From Caulobacteraceae bacterium (lineage in GTDB: Bacteria; Pseudomonadota; Alphaproteobacteria; Caulobacterales; Caulobacteraceae), in contig CANGCO010000007.1 in the NCBI GenBank assembly GCA_947452365.1, forward strand, positions 363 to 64,362: a stretch of 64,000 bases of DNA. The letters run 5' to 3'. Below, one piece after another: positions 28,494 to 41,167 of the stretch. How positions within the stretch are numbered: position 1 is the stretch's first letter; each line of letters opens with the position of its first letter. The notes beneath the pieces were generated by a model. That model saw only the letters and a program-made list of their open reading frames with translations. It was not told the origin of the DNA and searched no databases. The position numbers were made by a program, and so were the translations under genes.

Positions 28494-29948
28494 ATGACCA
28501 AGGGCGCATTTATCGACGGACGCTGGCAGGCAGGCTCTGGCCCGGTCTTGACCTCACGGGATCCAGCAACCGGGCTTGCAGTTTGGCAAGGGGCCAGCGC
28601 CGGGCCCGATCAGGTCGCCGCTGCCGTTGTCGCAGCGCACCGAGCGTTTCAGGCCTGGTCGGATACGTCGCGCGACGACCGGATCGCCCTGATGCGGCGC
28701 TATAAGGCCGTGCTTGAGGCCCGGACGCCGCAAATGGCCAAGGCCTTGTCGCAAGAGACTGGCAAGGCGCTCTGGGAAACCACAGCCGAGCTGGGCTCCA
28801 TGATCGGCAAGATCGAGGTCTCGATCGCCGCCTTTAATGAGCGGACCGGCGAAAAGCGCAATGACATGCCGTTTGGCCAAGCCGTCCTGCGCCATCGCGG
28901 TCATGGGGTCATGGCGGTCTTGGGCCCGTTCAATTTTCCAGGTCACCTGCCCAATGGCCATATTGTCCCGGCCTTGCTGGCCGGGGATTGCGTGGTGTTC
29001 AAGCCCTCGGAAGAAACGCCCTTGGCCGGTCAAGCCTTGGTTGAGGCCCTGATCGAGGCTGGCATTCCTGACGGCGTGGTCAATCTGGTCCAGGGCGGGC
29101 GTGAGGTTGGCGCGGCCCTCATCAATCAAAAGATTGACGGGCTTTTGTTTACGGGCTCGGCCCAGGCCGGGGCGTTTTTCCGCCGCCATTTTGCCGATCG
29201 GCCCGATGTGATCTTGGCGCTAGAGCTGGGCGGTAATAATCCCCTAATCGCCTGGAATGTCGCCGATATCGAGGCTGCGGCGGCCCTGGTGGTGCAGTCG
29301 GCCTTTATCACGACCGGGCAAAGGTGTTCGTGCGCGCGCCGTCTGATTATCCCGCAAGGCGCAGTGGGCGATGCCCTCGTCGATGCCGTGCTGGCCTTGA
29401 CCCAAAGGCTGCGGATTGGGGCCTGGGACGATGTAGATGAGCCGTTTATGGGGCCCTTGATTTCGGATCGCGCGGCCATAGCAGCGCGGGTGGCAGCGGC
29501 TGGTCTTCCGGGCAAGGCTCTGCTTGCAGCTGGTCAGGTGGGTGGGCGCAGCGACGCCTTTATCAGCCCGGGCCTGGTCGATGTCACCGGGCACGATGTG
29601 GCCGACGAAGAGATTTTTGCCCCGGTCTTACAGGTGCGACGCGTTGCCAGCCTGGATGAGGCGATCGCAGCGGCCAATGCCACGCGCTTTGGCCTAGCTG
29701 CCGGTGTGATCAGCGATGACCCTGCAGTCTGGAGCAAATTCCTGAGCCGAAGCCGGGCAGGGGTCGTCAATTGGAACCGGCCAACGACAGGGGCGGCAGG
29801 CTCCATGCCCTTTGGCGGGCTTGGGGCCTCGGGTAATCATAGGCCGAGTGCCTATTATGCCGCCGATTATTGCGCCTATCCGATTGCCAGTTTTGAGTCT
29901 CAACATGTGCAATTAACCTTGAAAGATATCAAGGGCTTGACGGCATGA
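28494..29948 (+). CDS. astD: succinylglutamate-semialdehyde dehydrogenase
   Basis: It is in the aldehyde dehydrogenase family (FTGS, LELGGNNP, catalytic GQRCS) and lies between astA and astB. Confidence 0.85.
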   Translation: MTKGAFIDGRWQAGSGPVLTSRDPATGLAVWQGASAGPDQVAAAVVAAHRAFQAWSDTSRDDRIALMRRYKAVLEARTPQMAKALSQETGKALWETTAELGSMIGKIEVSIAAFNERTGEKRNDMPFGQAVLRHRGHGVMAVLGPFNFPGHLPNGHIVPALLAGDCVVFKPSEETPLAGQALVEALIEAGIPDGVVNLVQGGREVGAALINQKIDGLLFTGSAQAGAFFRRHFADRPDVILALELGGNNPLIAWNVADIEAAAALVVQSAFITTGQRCSCARRLIIPQGAVGDALVDAVLALTQRLRIGAWDDVDEPFMGPLISDRAAIAARVAAAGLPGKALLAAGQVGGRSDAFISPGLVDVTGHDVADEEIFAPVLQVRRVASLDEAIAAANATRFGLAAGVISDDPAVWSKFLSRSRAGVVNWNRPTTGAAGSMPFGGLGASGNHRPSAYYAADYCAYPIASFESQHVQLTLKDIKGLTA

Positions 29949-31282
29949 CTTCAGAAATTGCTTTTGAGGCCAATATTGATGGCTTGATCGGCCCGACCCA
30001 TTCCTATGCCGGTCTGTCGCCGGGCAATCTGGCGAGCGCAGGCCATAAGGGGCAGGTGTCCAATCCACGCGCGGCTGTGCTCGAGGGCCTGACCAAGATG
30101 CGGCGTCTGGCCGATCTGGGCGTGCCGCAATTTGTTTTGCCGCCCCAGGTACGGCCCGATCTGGCGTTTTTGCGGGTCGTGGGTTTCGAAGGCTCAGATG
30201 CCGATGTTCTGCAAAATGCCTGGAAGACCGCGCCAGCCTTGGCCGCAGCGGCCTGTTCGGCCTCAGCCATGTGGGCAGCCAATGCCGCGACTGTGACGCC
30301 GTCGGCGGACTCAGCCGATGGGCGGGTTCATTTTACCCCGGCCAATCTGGTGACTCATCTGCACCGGAGTCTCGAAGGTGGCCAGTCGACCTGGTCCTTG
30401 CGCCGCCTGTTTGCCGACCCGGCCCATTTCGCGGTGCACGAGCCCTTGCCTGCCCAGCCGCATTTTGCCGATGAAGGCGCAGCCAATCATGTCCGCCTCT
30501 GTGCCGAGCACGGCGCGCCGGGGGTCAATCTGTTTGTCTATGGCCGCAGCGCCTGGGAGACTTGGCCCGGCCAGTTTCCGGCCCGCCAGACGCTCGAGGC
30601 CTTTGAAGCCATTGCGCGTCGCCACGCTGCGGGCGGTGCCGTGTTTGCGCGGCAAGGCCAGGGCGCCATTGATGGCGGCGCCTTTCACAATGATGTGGTC
30701 TGTGTCGGCACCCGTACCTGCCTGTTTCATCATCAAGGCGCGTTTGCGGATACCCAAGCTGTGTATGCAGACATTCGCGCGGCTGCCGCTGGCCAGTTTG
30801 AGCCAGTATTTGTGTCCGTGTCCGAATCCGATCTGCCACTGGCCGATGCCATCCAGTCCTATTTGTTTAATAGCCAGCTTTTGGTCCTGCCTGGCGAGGA
30901 CCGGCTCGTGCTGCTAGCCCCGATCGAGGCTAAGGAAAACCCGCGTGCCTATGCGGTTGCCCAGGCCCTGGTGGCGAGCAATGGCCCGATTGGCCGGGTG
31001 GATTATGTTGATGTGCGCCAGAGCATGCACAATGGTGGCGGCCCGGCCTGTCTGCGCCTGCGCGTGGTTCTGACCCCCGCCGAGTTGGCAGCAACCCATG
31101 CAGCCCAGCGCCTGACCCCGGCCTTACACACTCAGTTGGAGGATTGGGCAAAGGCCCATTATCGCGACCGTTTAGCGGTCGAGGACCTCGCCGATCCTTA
31201 TCTGATCACAGAGGTCCAAACAGCCTTAGGCGCCTTGCGCGAAATATTAGACTTAGGCGATAAATTTTATAATTTTCAATAG
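29945..31282 (+). CDS. astB: N-succinylarginine dihydrolase
   Basis: It has N-terminal ANIDGLIGPTHSYAGLSPGNLAS and a C-terminal NGGGPACLRLRV motif. Its start overlaps the astD stop. Confidence 0.9.
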   Translation: MTSEIAFEANIDGLIGPTHSYAGLSPGNLASAGHKGQVSNPRAAVLEGLTKMRRLADLGVPQFVLPPQVRPDLAFLRVVGFEGSDADVLQNAWKTAPALAAAACSASAMWAANAATVTPSADSADGRVHFTPANLVTHLHRSLEGGQSTWSLRRLFADPAHFAVHEPLPAQPHFADEGAANHVRLCAEHGAPGVNLFVYGRSAWETWPGQFPARQTLEAFEAIARRHAAGGAVFARQGQGAIDGGAFHNDVVCVGTRTCLFHHQGAFADTQAVYADIRAAAAGQFEPVFVSVSESDLPLADAIQSYLFNSQLLVLPGEDRLVLLAPIEAKENPRAYAVAQALVASNGPIGRVDYVDVRQSMHNGGGPACLRLRVVLTPAELAATHAAQRLTPALHTQLEDWAKAHYRDRLAVEDLADPYLITEVQTALGALREILDLGDKFYNFQ

Positions 31283-31318
31283 TCTAATGGTAAAAGCTTA
31301 GTCCTATTCTAGATTTGC

Positions 31319-31648
31319 TCAATGCGCCATCTTGGTCTTGGGACGATAATGGCCCGCGTCAAAGCCTTCAAACATTAGCGCGGTGTGGGGATGACCCACA
31401 GGCTCGCCGGTCTCATCGGGCAAGAGGTTTTGCTCGGACACATAGGCGACATAGCTGTTCTGATCGTTTTCCGCCAAGAGGTGGTAAAAGGGCTGGTCCT
31501 TGCGTGGCCGCACTTCTTCGGGAATGGATTGCCACCATTCCTCGGTATTGTTGAAGGACGGATCGACATCGAAAATCACGCCGCGAAAGGCGAAGATCCG
31601 GTGCTTTACGATTTGACCGATAGCGAATTTGGCGAGTCTTGTGCTCAT
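31319..31648 (-). CDS. hspQ: heat shock protein HspQ / hemimethylated DNA-binding (YccV) family
   Basis: MSTRLAKFAIGQIVKHRIFAFRGVIFDVDP.F......W......RP.KDQPFYHLL.E matches the HspQ pattern. The internal ATG gives about 110 aa. Confidence 0.8.
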   Translation of the reverse strand: MSTRLAKFAIGQIVKHRIFAFRGVIFDVDPSFNNTEEWWQSIPEEVRPRKDQPFYHLLAENDQNSYVAYVSEQNLLPDETGEPVGHPHTALMFEGFDAGHYRPKTKMAH

Positions 31649-31800
31649 ACGATTTTCATACACCGAAGTTTGGCCCGACAAAAGGCAGGATGCGGATGAT
31701 CTGAAGCTTTGATCTAGGGCTATCAGACCCTGCGGCAACTTGTTACACTGGTCCTCGAAACGAGGCGGCGAGTCTGCCAGCCTCTCCCGTGAGCTTTGCC

Positions 31801-32928
31801 ATGACCAAGGCACCAAGCCCTGCCGACGGCCGTCACGGTCGCGAGGGGTCGCATAATATGGGCCACAGCCCTGATGATCCGCCCCTGTTTGCGGCGCTGG
31901 ATCTAGGGACCAATAATTGCCGCCTCCTGATCGCGACGCCCTCCCTGACCGGTTTTCGGGTAGTCGAATCCTTTTCGCGGATTGTGCGGCTAGGCGAGGG
32001 CCTAAGCCAAACAGGGCGCTTGCAGGATGGCGCTATGGACCGGGCCATGGCAGCCTTGAGGGTCTGTTCTGAGAAGCTGAAGCGCAGGCGCACTGTGCGG
32101 GTACGGGCGGTTGCGACCCAGGCTTGCCGCGGCGCCGAGAATGGCCCGGACTTTGTCGCCCGGGTTGCTGAGGAAACGGGTATTCGCCTGCAGATCATCA
32201 CGCCGCGCGAGGAGGCCCAGCTTTCGGTCGCCGGTTGCCTGAACCTGTTTGATCGCGCGGCCGAGGCGGCGCTAGTGGTTGATGTCGGGGGTGGCTCGAC
32301 CGAATTGTCCTGGGTCGACCTCGCTGATCCAAGGCTGGACATGCGGGTGCGCGAATTTTCGGCCTCTGCCCTGCCGATCAAGGCCTGGGTCTCTATTCCT
32401 GTTGGCGTGGTCAGCCTGGCCGAGCGCTTTCCAGAGCGACTTGACGATAGCCAGGGCTGGTTCCGGGCCATGGTTGAGGATGTCAAACAAAGGATCTTGG
32501 CGTTTGAATTGGCCGAGCCCATGCGGCCGATTTTCGATCGTGGCAAGGCGCATCTGGTCGGGACGTCTGGAGCCATAACTGGGCTTGCAGGCCTGCATCT
32601 GGGGCTTAGGCGCTATGATCGCAATCTGGTTGACGGGCTATGGATGCGCCGGGCCGATTGCGAGGCCGCGGCCTATGGCCTTTTAAGATTGGATAATGAG
32701 GGTAGGGCGGCCCAGCCCTGTATTGGTCCAGACCGCTCTGATCTGGTCTTGGCGGGCGCGGCCATCTTGCAGGCCGTGCAAGAGGCCTGGCCGTGTGATC
32801 GGGTGCGGGTGGCCGACCGCGGGCTGCGCGAGGGCCTGCTCCTATCCCTAATGTCCGATAAAAAGCCGCGTCGCCGCACTCGCAGACGGCGCAGGGGCAG
32901 CCGCTCAGCCCAGGTCGCGAGCGCATAG
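31801..32928 (+). CDS. Ppx/GppA-family phosphatase
   Basis: It has the ASKHA motifs ALDLGTNNCRLLIA and VVDVGGGSTEL, and an Arg/Lys-rich C-terminal tail. The start is ambiguous (GTG 31789, ATG 31801 or ATG 31858). Confidence 0.8.
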   Translation: MTKAPSPADGRHGREGSHNMGHSPDDPPLFAALDLGTNNCRLLIATPSLTGFRVVESFSRIVRLGEGLSQTGRLQDGAMDRAMAALRVCSEKLKRRRTVRVRAVATQACRGAENGPDFVARVAEETGIRLQIITPREEAQLSVAGCLNLFDRAAEAALVVDVGGGSTELSWVDLADPRLDMRVREFSASALPIKAWVSIPVGVVSLAERFPERLDDSQGWFRAMVEDVKQRILAFELAEPMRPIFDRGKAHLVGTSGAITGLAGLHLGLRRYDRNLVDGLWMRRADCEAAAYGLLRLDNEGRAAQPCIGPDRSDLVLAGAAILQAVQEAWPCDRVRVADRGLREGLLLSLMSDKKPRRRTRRRRRGSRSAQVASA

Positions 32929-32965
32929 GCGTTTCTTAATCGCCGCAATTGGCCTAAGAGGGCGC

Positions 32966-36463
<3,498 letters not shown>

Positions 36464-36467
<4 letters not shown>

Positions 36468-38032
36468 CGACCACGACCACCGCTTCGGCGCCGCATCACC
36501 AACGCGTCCTGATTGTCGATTTTGGCAGCCAGGTCACCCAGCTGATCGCCCGCCGGGTGCGCGAAAGCGGCGTCTATTGCGAAATTCATCCCTATGACAA
36601 GGTCGAGGCCATTCTGGACGCCTATGCGCCCAAGGCCATTATCCTGTCGGGTGGCCCGTCCAGCGTCACCGATTATGAAAGCCCAACTGCGCCGCATCGG
36701 CTGTTTGAACTGAGTGTCCCGGTCCTAGGCATTTGTTATGGTGAACAAGCCTTGTGCGCCCAGCTTGGCGGGGCGGTCGAGGGCGGCCATTCGGGCGAGT
36801 TTGGCCGCGCCGAGATCGATATTATCAAGCCTAGCCCGCTGTTTGCTGGCCTGTCGGCACGCGAAACCGTCTGGATGAGCCATGGCGACCGGGTCACTGC
36901 CATTCCGCCCGGCTTTGAGGTTATCGCCACGTCTGAAGGCTCGCCCTTTGCCGCCATTGCCGATGAGGCACGCCGCTTTTATGGCGTGCAATTTCATGCC
37001 GAGGTCGCCCATACGCCCAAGGGTGCGCAGATCCTGCGCAATTTCACCCATGGCATAGCGGGCCTGAGCGGTGACTGGACCATGGCCTCGTTCCGCCGCG
37101 AAATGGTCGATAAGATCCGCGCCCAGGTCGGCGAGGGCAAGGTGATTTGCGGTCTGTCGGGCGGGGTGGATTCCTCGGTCGCCGCCGTCCTGATCCATGA
37201 GGCGATCGGCGAGCAATTGACCTGCGTCTTTGTCGATACGGGCCTTCTTCGCCACAACGAAGCCGAGCAGGTCGTGACCCTGTTTAACGAGCACTATAAG
37301 ATTCCGCTGATCCATGTTGATGCCAAGGACACCTTCCTCGATGCCTTGGCGGGCGTGTCCGACCCCGAGACCAAGCGCAAGACGATTGGCCGGCTGTTTA
37401 TCGAGATCTTTGACGCCGAGGCCGCCAAGATTGACGGCGCAGCCTTCCTGGCCCAAGGCACCCTCTATCCCGATGTGATCGAAAGCGTCTCGGCGCGCGG
37501 CGGCCCGTCAGCCGTGATCAAGAGCCATCATAATGTCGGCGGCCTGCCCGACTTTATGAAGCTCAAACTGGTCGAGCCCTTGCGCGAACTCTTTAAGGAC
37601 GAGGTGCGGGTCTTGGGCGTTGAGCTGGGTCTCGCTCCCGCCTTTGTGGATCGCCACCCCTTCCCGGGGCCTGGCCTAGCCATCCGCATCCCCGGCGAGA
37701 TCACCCGCCAAAAGGTCGCCACCCTGCAACAGGCCGATGCCATCTATCTGGAGGAAATCCGCAAGGCGGGTCTTTATGACAAGATCTGGCAAGCCTTTGC
37801 CGTGCTCTTGCCGGTCAAGACGGTCGGGGTCATGGGCGATGCCCGCACCTATGAAGATGTCCTAGCCTTGCGCGCCGTCACCTCCACCGACGGCATGACG
37901 GCGGACTTTTTCGAATTCCCCTGGGAAGTCCTAGGCCGCTGTGCCACCCGGATCATCAATGAGGTGAGGGGCGTCAACCGCGTGGTCTATGACGTGACCA
38001 GCAAGCCACCGGGTACTATTGAGTGGGAATGA
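36464..38032 (+). CDS. guaA: glutamine-hydrolysing GMP synthase
   Basis: It has a GATase domain (ICYG.Q), the ATP-PPase P-loop ([10 protein letters not shown]) and the canonical C-terminus ..KPP.TIEWE. Confidence 0.97.
38017..38028. repeat. left copy of a 12-bp direct repeat (TATTGAGTGGGA) at the guaA 3' end
   Basis: It matches 39227..39238 exactly. It encodes the last guaA residues (..IEWE*). Confidence 0.7.
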
Positions 38033-39226
38033 CAGGACTTTTTAAACAGCTAAATAGACAAGATTGTTTAAGTGGCAGTTTAAAGAGCTGTTAAGCCATT
38101 AAAATTAGCCCCATTGACTGAATTCTTGAAATTTATTAACGCAATAACTTTGAAAGATCAATTTTTAGGCGACATAGGAAATAATATGGAAAAAATAAAC
38201 ATATGCGTGGTTAAGCCTGATAATTATATTCATTCTTATGCTTTTAAAGAGTTAGGGGAGTTGATTTATTTTTCACTGAAAGAGCTTGGTTACCAAGTTT
38301 CAATTGGATTTAACAACTTAGAATTTAATAATAAGAATATCCTCATAGGATGCCATCTGCTCGATCCGAGTTACATAAAGAAAGTTCCAAAATCCACAAT
38401 CATATTAAATACTGAGCAAATATATAGCGACACAACTAGCTGGAATAGTAATATTTTTGAGTGGGTTAAAAATTTTGAAGTTTGGGATTATAGCGAAAGG
38501 AACATTGAAAAATTAAAACAGTTAGGTGTTGATAGGGTAAAATTATTAAAGATAGGATATCAGAAAGAGCTTCGTAGAATTAATATGTCAGTGAATAAAG
38601 ACGTGGATATTCTGTTTTATAGTTCAATAAATGAAAGAAGGTCTGAAATAATTAGAGATCTTATAAATAGGGGTCTGAAAGTCAAGACTTTATTTGGTGT
38701 ATATGGGAAGGAGCGTGATGAATGGATCGGTAGATCAAAAATAGTTCTTAACCTTCATCATTATAATTCGCAGATTTTTGAAGTCGTAAGAGTTTTTTAT
38801 TTATTAAGTAACTCTATAGCAGTTGTTGGAGAAGTTAATGATTCAACATCAATTGACAATGTATTTAAAGATGGCATATATGCATCAAAATATGAAGATT
38901 TAGTTGATAGTTGCTTTAAGCTTATTAAAGATAATTCGTTAATACAAAAAATCCAAATTGACGCCTTTAATTCTATTTCTAAATATGAGCAAAAATTTTA
39001 TACACAGCAAATACTTAATTTGTAAATTAAATTTGTTTTCTAATATTTTAAATTTTTATTCAATATATTTTTGTTATCTGTGTATCAGCGTTAAAACTCA
39101 GGATTGGAAACAAATAGAATTTTGCTTTATTTGCAAATGGCCCAGCTCAGTCAAATTACGTAAAATATAAACTCAAATATCTTTGTGCTTCACTATATGA
39201 TTTATGATAGTTTTTAGATGAGTAAA
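38033..39226. mobile_element. AT-rich inserted islet at the guaA 3' end (no recombinase present)
   Basis: Composition switches abruptly right after the guaA stop. A sampled 60-nt line inside has 15 G+C, against more than 30 in flanking lines. Composition switches back at the right repeat copy, and the islet is bracketed by the 12-bp direct repeat. Confidence 0.55.
38186..39025 (+). CDS. hypothetical protein, possibly a GT-B-like glycosyltransferase
   Basis: The ATG at 38186 is preceded by AGGA. Its C-terminal half (DVDILFYSSINERR..II..L...G..V..LFGVYG.ERD..I.RSKIVLNLH.Y....FE.VRV.YLL.N..AVV.E) resembles sugar-transferase-like proteins I recall from low-GC genomes. Codon usage is very AT-rich. 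Confidence 0.45.
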   Translation: MEKINICVVKPDNYIHSYAFKELGELIYFSLKELGYQVSIGFNNLEFNNKNILIGCHLLDPSYIKKVPKSTIILNTEQIYSDTTSWNSNIFEWVKNFEVWDYSERNIEKLKQLGVDRVKLLKIGYQKELRRINMSVNKDVDILFYSSINERRSEIIRDLINRGLKVKTLFGVYGKERDEWIGRSKIVLNLHHYNSQIFEVVRVFYLLSNSIAVVGEVNDSTSIDNVFKDGIYASKYEDLVDSCFKLIKDNSLIQKIQIDAFNSISKYEQKFYTQQILNL

Positions 39227-39238
39227 TATTGAGTGGGA
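39227..39238. repeat. right copy of the 12-bp direct repeat (TATTGAGTGGGA)
   Basis: It matches 38017..38028 exactly and is followed by TTAG. It therefore reads ..IEWD*, looking like a displaced copy of the guaA end. High GC resumes here. Confidence 0.7.
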
Positions 39239-39337
39239 TTAGGGGCTGGCCTCGAGTTCTGGGGCCCGGCATCTCGCCATTAAACTATAGCGGCAAAAGC
39301 GCTATTCTTACCCAACTCCGTAAGAAAGTTAACCGCA

Positions 39338-39570
39338 ATGAGGATCGCCACTAAGGGACGGGTCACCCCCCTTAGGACGTGCGGGAACGGGCAGGGCTTA
39401 TGCCGGGGACTGATGTCGCGTTCGATATCGAGGCGGGCATGGTCCGGTTGGTCAAGGTAACCGGCCCTGGCGGTCGTCAAACTCGCGGCCAGAAGCGCGT
39501 TGAAGGTTTGCGCAGGCCCGCCTTGCCCTACGAGGCCACATTCGACGCTGGCAAGGCCGTTGTTGAATGA
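39338..39570 (+). pseudogene. frameshifted AbrB/SpoVT-type (VapB-like) antitoxin
   Basis: MRIATKGRVTPL (frame of ATG 39338) continues in the -1 frame as DVRERAGLMPGTDVAFDIEAGMVRLVKV.. (ORF 39379..39570). Together these form a SpoVT/AbrB motif. The break is consistent with a 1-nt loss near 39374-39376. Confidence 0.5.
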
Positions 39571-39735
39571 CGTAGGCGCGGCGGCGTTCGCACCTTGCTG
39601 CGCCCGGACCTCTATATCGATGCCCATGCGGCCGTGTCTGGGCTCGGCCTTCTGACCCGCGATCCGCGCCGCTTTGCAGGATACTATCCATCGGTACAGT
39701 TGATTTCCCCTGGCAACGCGATCACACTCGGCTAG
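39571..39735 (+). pseudogene. C-terminal remnant of a PIN-domain (VapC-like) toxin
   Basis: The frame directly after the antitoxin stop reads ..LRPDLYIDAHAAVSGLGLLTRDPRRFAGYYPSVQLISP..*. This is the typical VapC C-terminus (D..IAA.A.....LLT.D..F......L..P). The N-terminal two thirds and a start codon are missing. Confidence 0.45.
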
Positions 39736-39760
39736 GCTTGACCGTCTGCTTAACCGGACC

Positions 39761-40366
39761 ATGCCCATGAGCCCCCAAAACACACAGCCCACGCCCCAAT
39801 ATGCGCTCTTCCCAACCGCGCTTGGGCCTTGCGCAATAGCTTGGCGCGGAGACGTGGTGGTGGCGACGCAGTTGCCGGAGGAGGGTAAGGCGGCGACGGC
39901 TGCCAGGCTGGCCCGGCGGGCCGGGGCGGTAGAGGGCGCGCCGCCGCTGTGTATTCAGCAGGCCATAGCGGCCATTACGGCATTGCTTGACGGCGAAAAG
40001 ATCGATCTGAATGATATTGTCTGTGATTTTAGCCCGGTCGATGCCTTCTCAGTCCAGGTCTATGCCGTCACCCGCGCCATCGCGGTTGGTGAGACCCTGA
40101 CCTATGGCGATATTGCTGTGAAGCTGGGCGATAAGCGCCTGGCGCAAAGGGTTGGTCAGGCGCTTGGCCGCAATCCATTGCCGATCATTGTGCCTTGCCA
40201 CCGCGTCATGGGCGCCAATGCCAAGCTGACCGGATTCTCGGCCGGCGGCGGCGTGGCGACCAAGCTGAAAATTCTGGCCATTGAAGGGGCTCAGGTCGGT
40301 GGGCCACCCGGCCTGTTTGACGATCTGCCGCTGGCGATTAGGCCGTCGGGCGGAGCCAAGCCTTGA
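39761..40366 (+). CDS. ogt: methylated-DNA--protein-cysteine methyltransferase
   Basis: It has the active-site IIVPCHRV and LTYGDIA...G...A.RAVG.A...NP. Confidence 0.85.
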   Translation: MPMSPQNTQPTPQYALFPTALGPCAIAWRGDVVVATQLPEEGKAATAARLARRAGAVEGAPPLCIQQAIAAITALLDGEKIDLNDIVCDFSPVDAFSVQVYAVTRAIAVGETLTYGDIAVKLGDKRLAQRVGQALGRNPLPIIVPCHRVMGANAKLTGFSAGGGVATKLKILAIEGAQVGGPPGLFDDLPLAIRPSGGAKP

Positions 40367-40508
40367 GCCCCGCCCATTGGCTTTAACCGCGTATCGCAAC
40401 CGTCTCATAATTTGGTTTTGCCAAATGAGGAGGCCGGTTCGACGGCGCCAGACCATACATAGGGGCTGGTTCGTGGTATTTAACCCCACTAGACCGGAGA
40501 CTAAGGCC

Positions 40509-41093
40509 ATGAGCGCGATTGAAGCGCTGATCAGCAATATTCGCAATTGCCAGGTCTGCGCCGCGAGCCTGGCGCATGGCGTCAGACCCGTGGTGCAGTT
40601 TTCGCAAGCCTCGCGCCTATTGATTATCGGCCAGGCCCCTGGCGCGCGCGTTCATGCCAGTGGCATACCCTGGGACGATGCCAGCGGCGCTCGGCTCAGA
40701 GCCTGGACGGGTCTTGATCGAGACCAGTTTTATGACCCACACGCTGTGGCGCTTGTGCCCATGGGCTTTTGTTTTCCTGGCACGGGTACGAGCGGTGACC
40801 TGCCGCCGCGGCCTGAATGTGCCCCGCTTTGGCATGATAAGGTCTTGGCCAGCTTGAGCCACTGCCGCTTGACCCTTCTGGTCGGTAGCTATGCGCAAAA
40901 GCATTATCTCGCTATAGCGCGCAAGCAGACCTTGACACAGACGGTGCAAAACCTTGATGAGCATGGCCCTGATGTCATCGCCTTGCCGCATCCGTCGTGG
41001 CGAAGCACAGGCTGGATGCGGAAAAACCCCTGGTTCGAGCGTGATCTGGTACCAGGACTGAAGGCAAGGATTGCTGAGGCGCTGCGCGATTAG
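40509..41093 (+). CDS. uracil-DNA glycosylase superfamily protein
   Basis: It has C..C....H..RPV, LIIGQAPG...H..G.P(W/F)D.SG.RL and HPS.R motifs. The internal ATG at 40509 is used, because the upstream part of the ORF overlaps ogt. Confidence 0.65.
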   Translation: MSAIEALISNIRNCQVCAASLAHGVRPVVQFSQASRLLIIGQAPGARVHASGIPWDDASGARLRAWTGLDRDQFYDPHAVALVPMGFCFPGTGTSGDLPPRPECAPLWHDKVLASLSHCRLTLLVGSYAQKHYLAIARKQTLTQTVQNLDEHGPDVIALPHPSWRSTGWMRKNPWFERDLVPGLKARIAEALRD

Positions 41094-41167
41094 GTTTCCA
41101 ATGGCAAGAAACCAAATGCGGCTATTTGCAGATGAATCTAGGCAGTATATCCTATTGTAATCCTTAC

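Noticed and set aside
38033-38185. tRNA, integrase or transposase expected at the guaA-proximal end of the islet
   Set aside because: I found no cloverleaf-compatible sequence and no recombinase-like ORF in any frame. The islet seems to carry only one gene.
39280-39792. 170-aa minus-strand ORF covering the region between the islet and ogt
   Set aside because: The plus strand carries recognisable, though decayed, AbrB-type antitoxin and PIN toxin fragments. The minus-strand product has no motifs and overlaps the ogt start.
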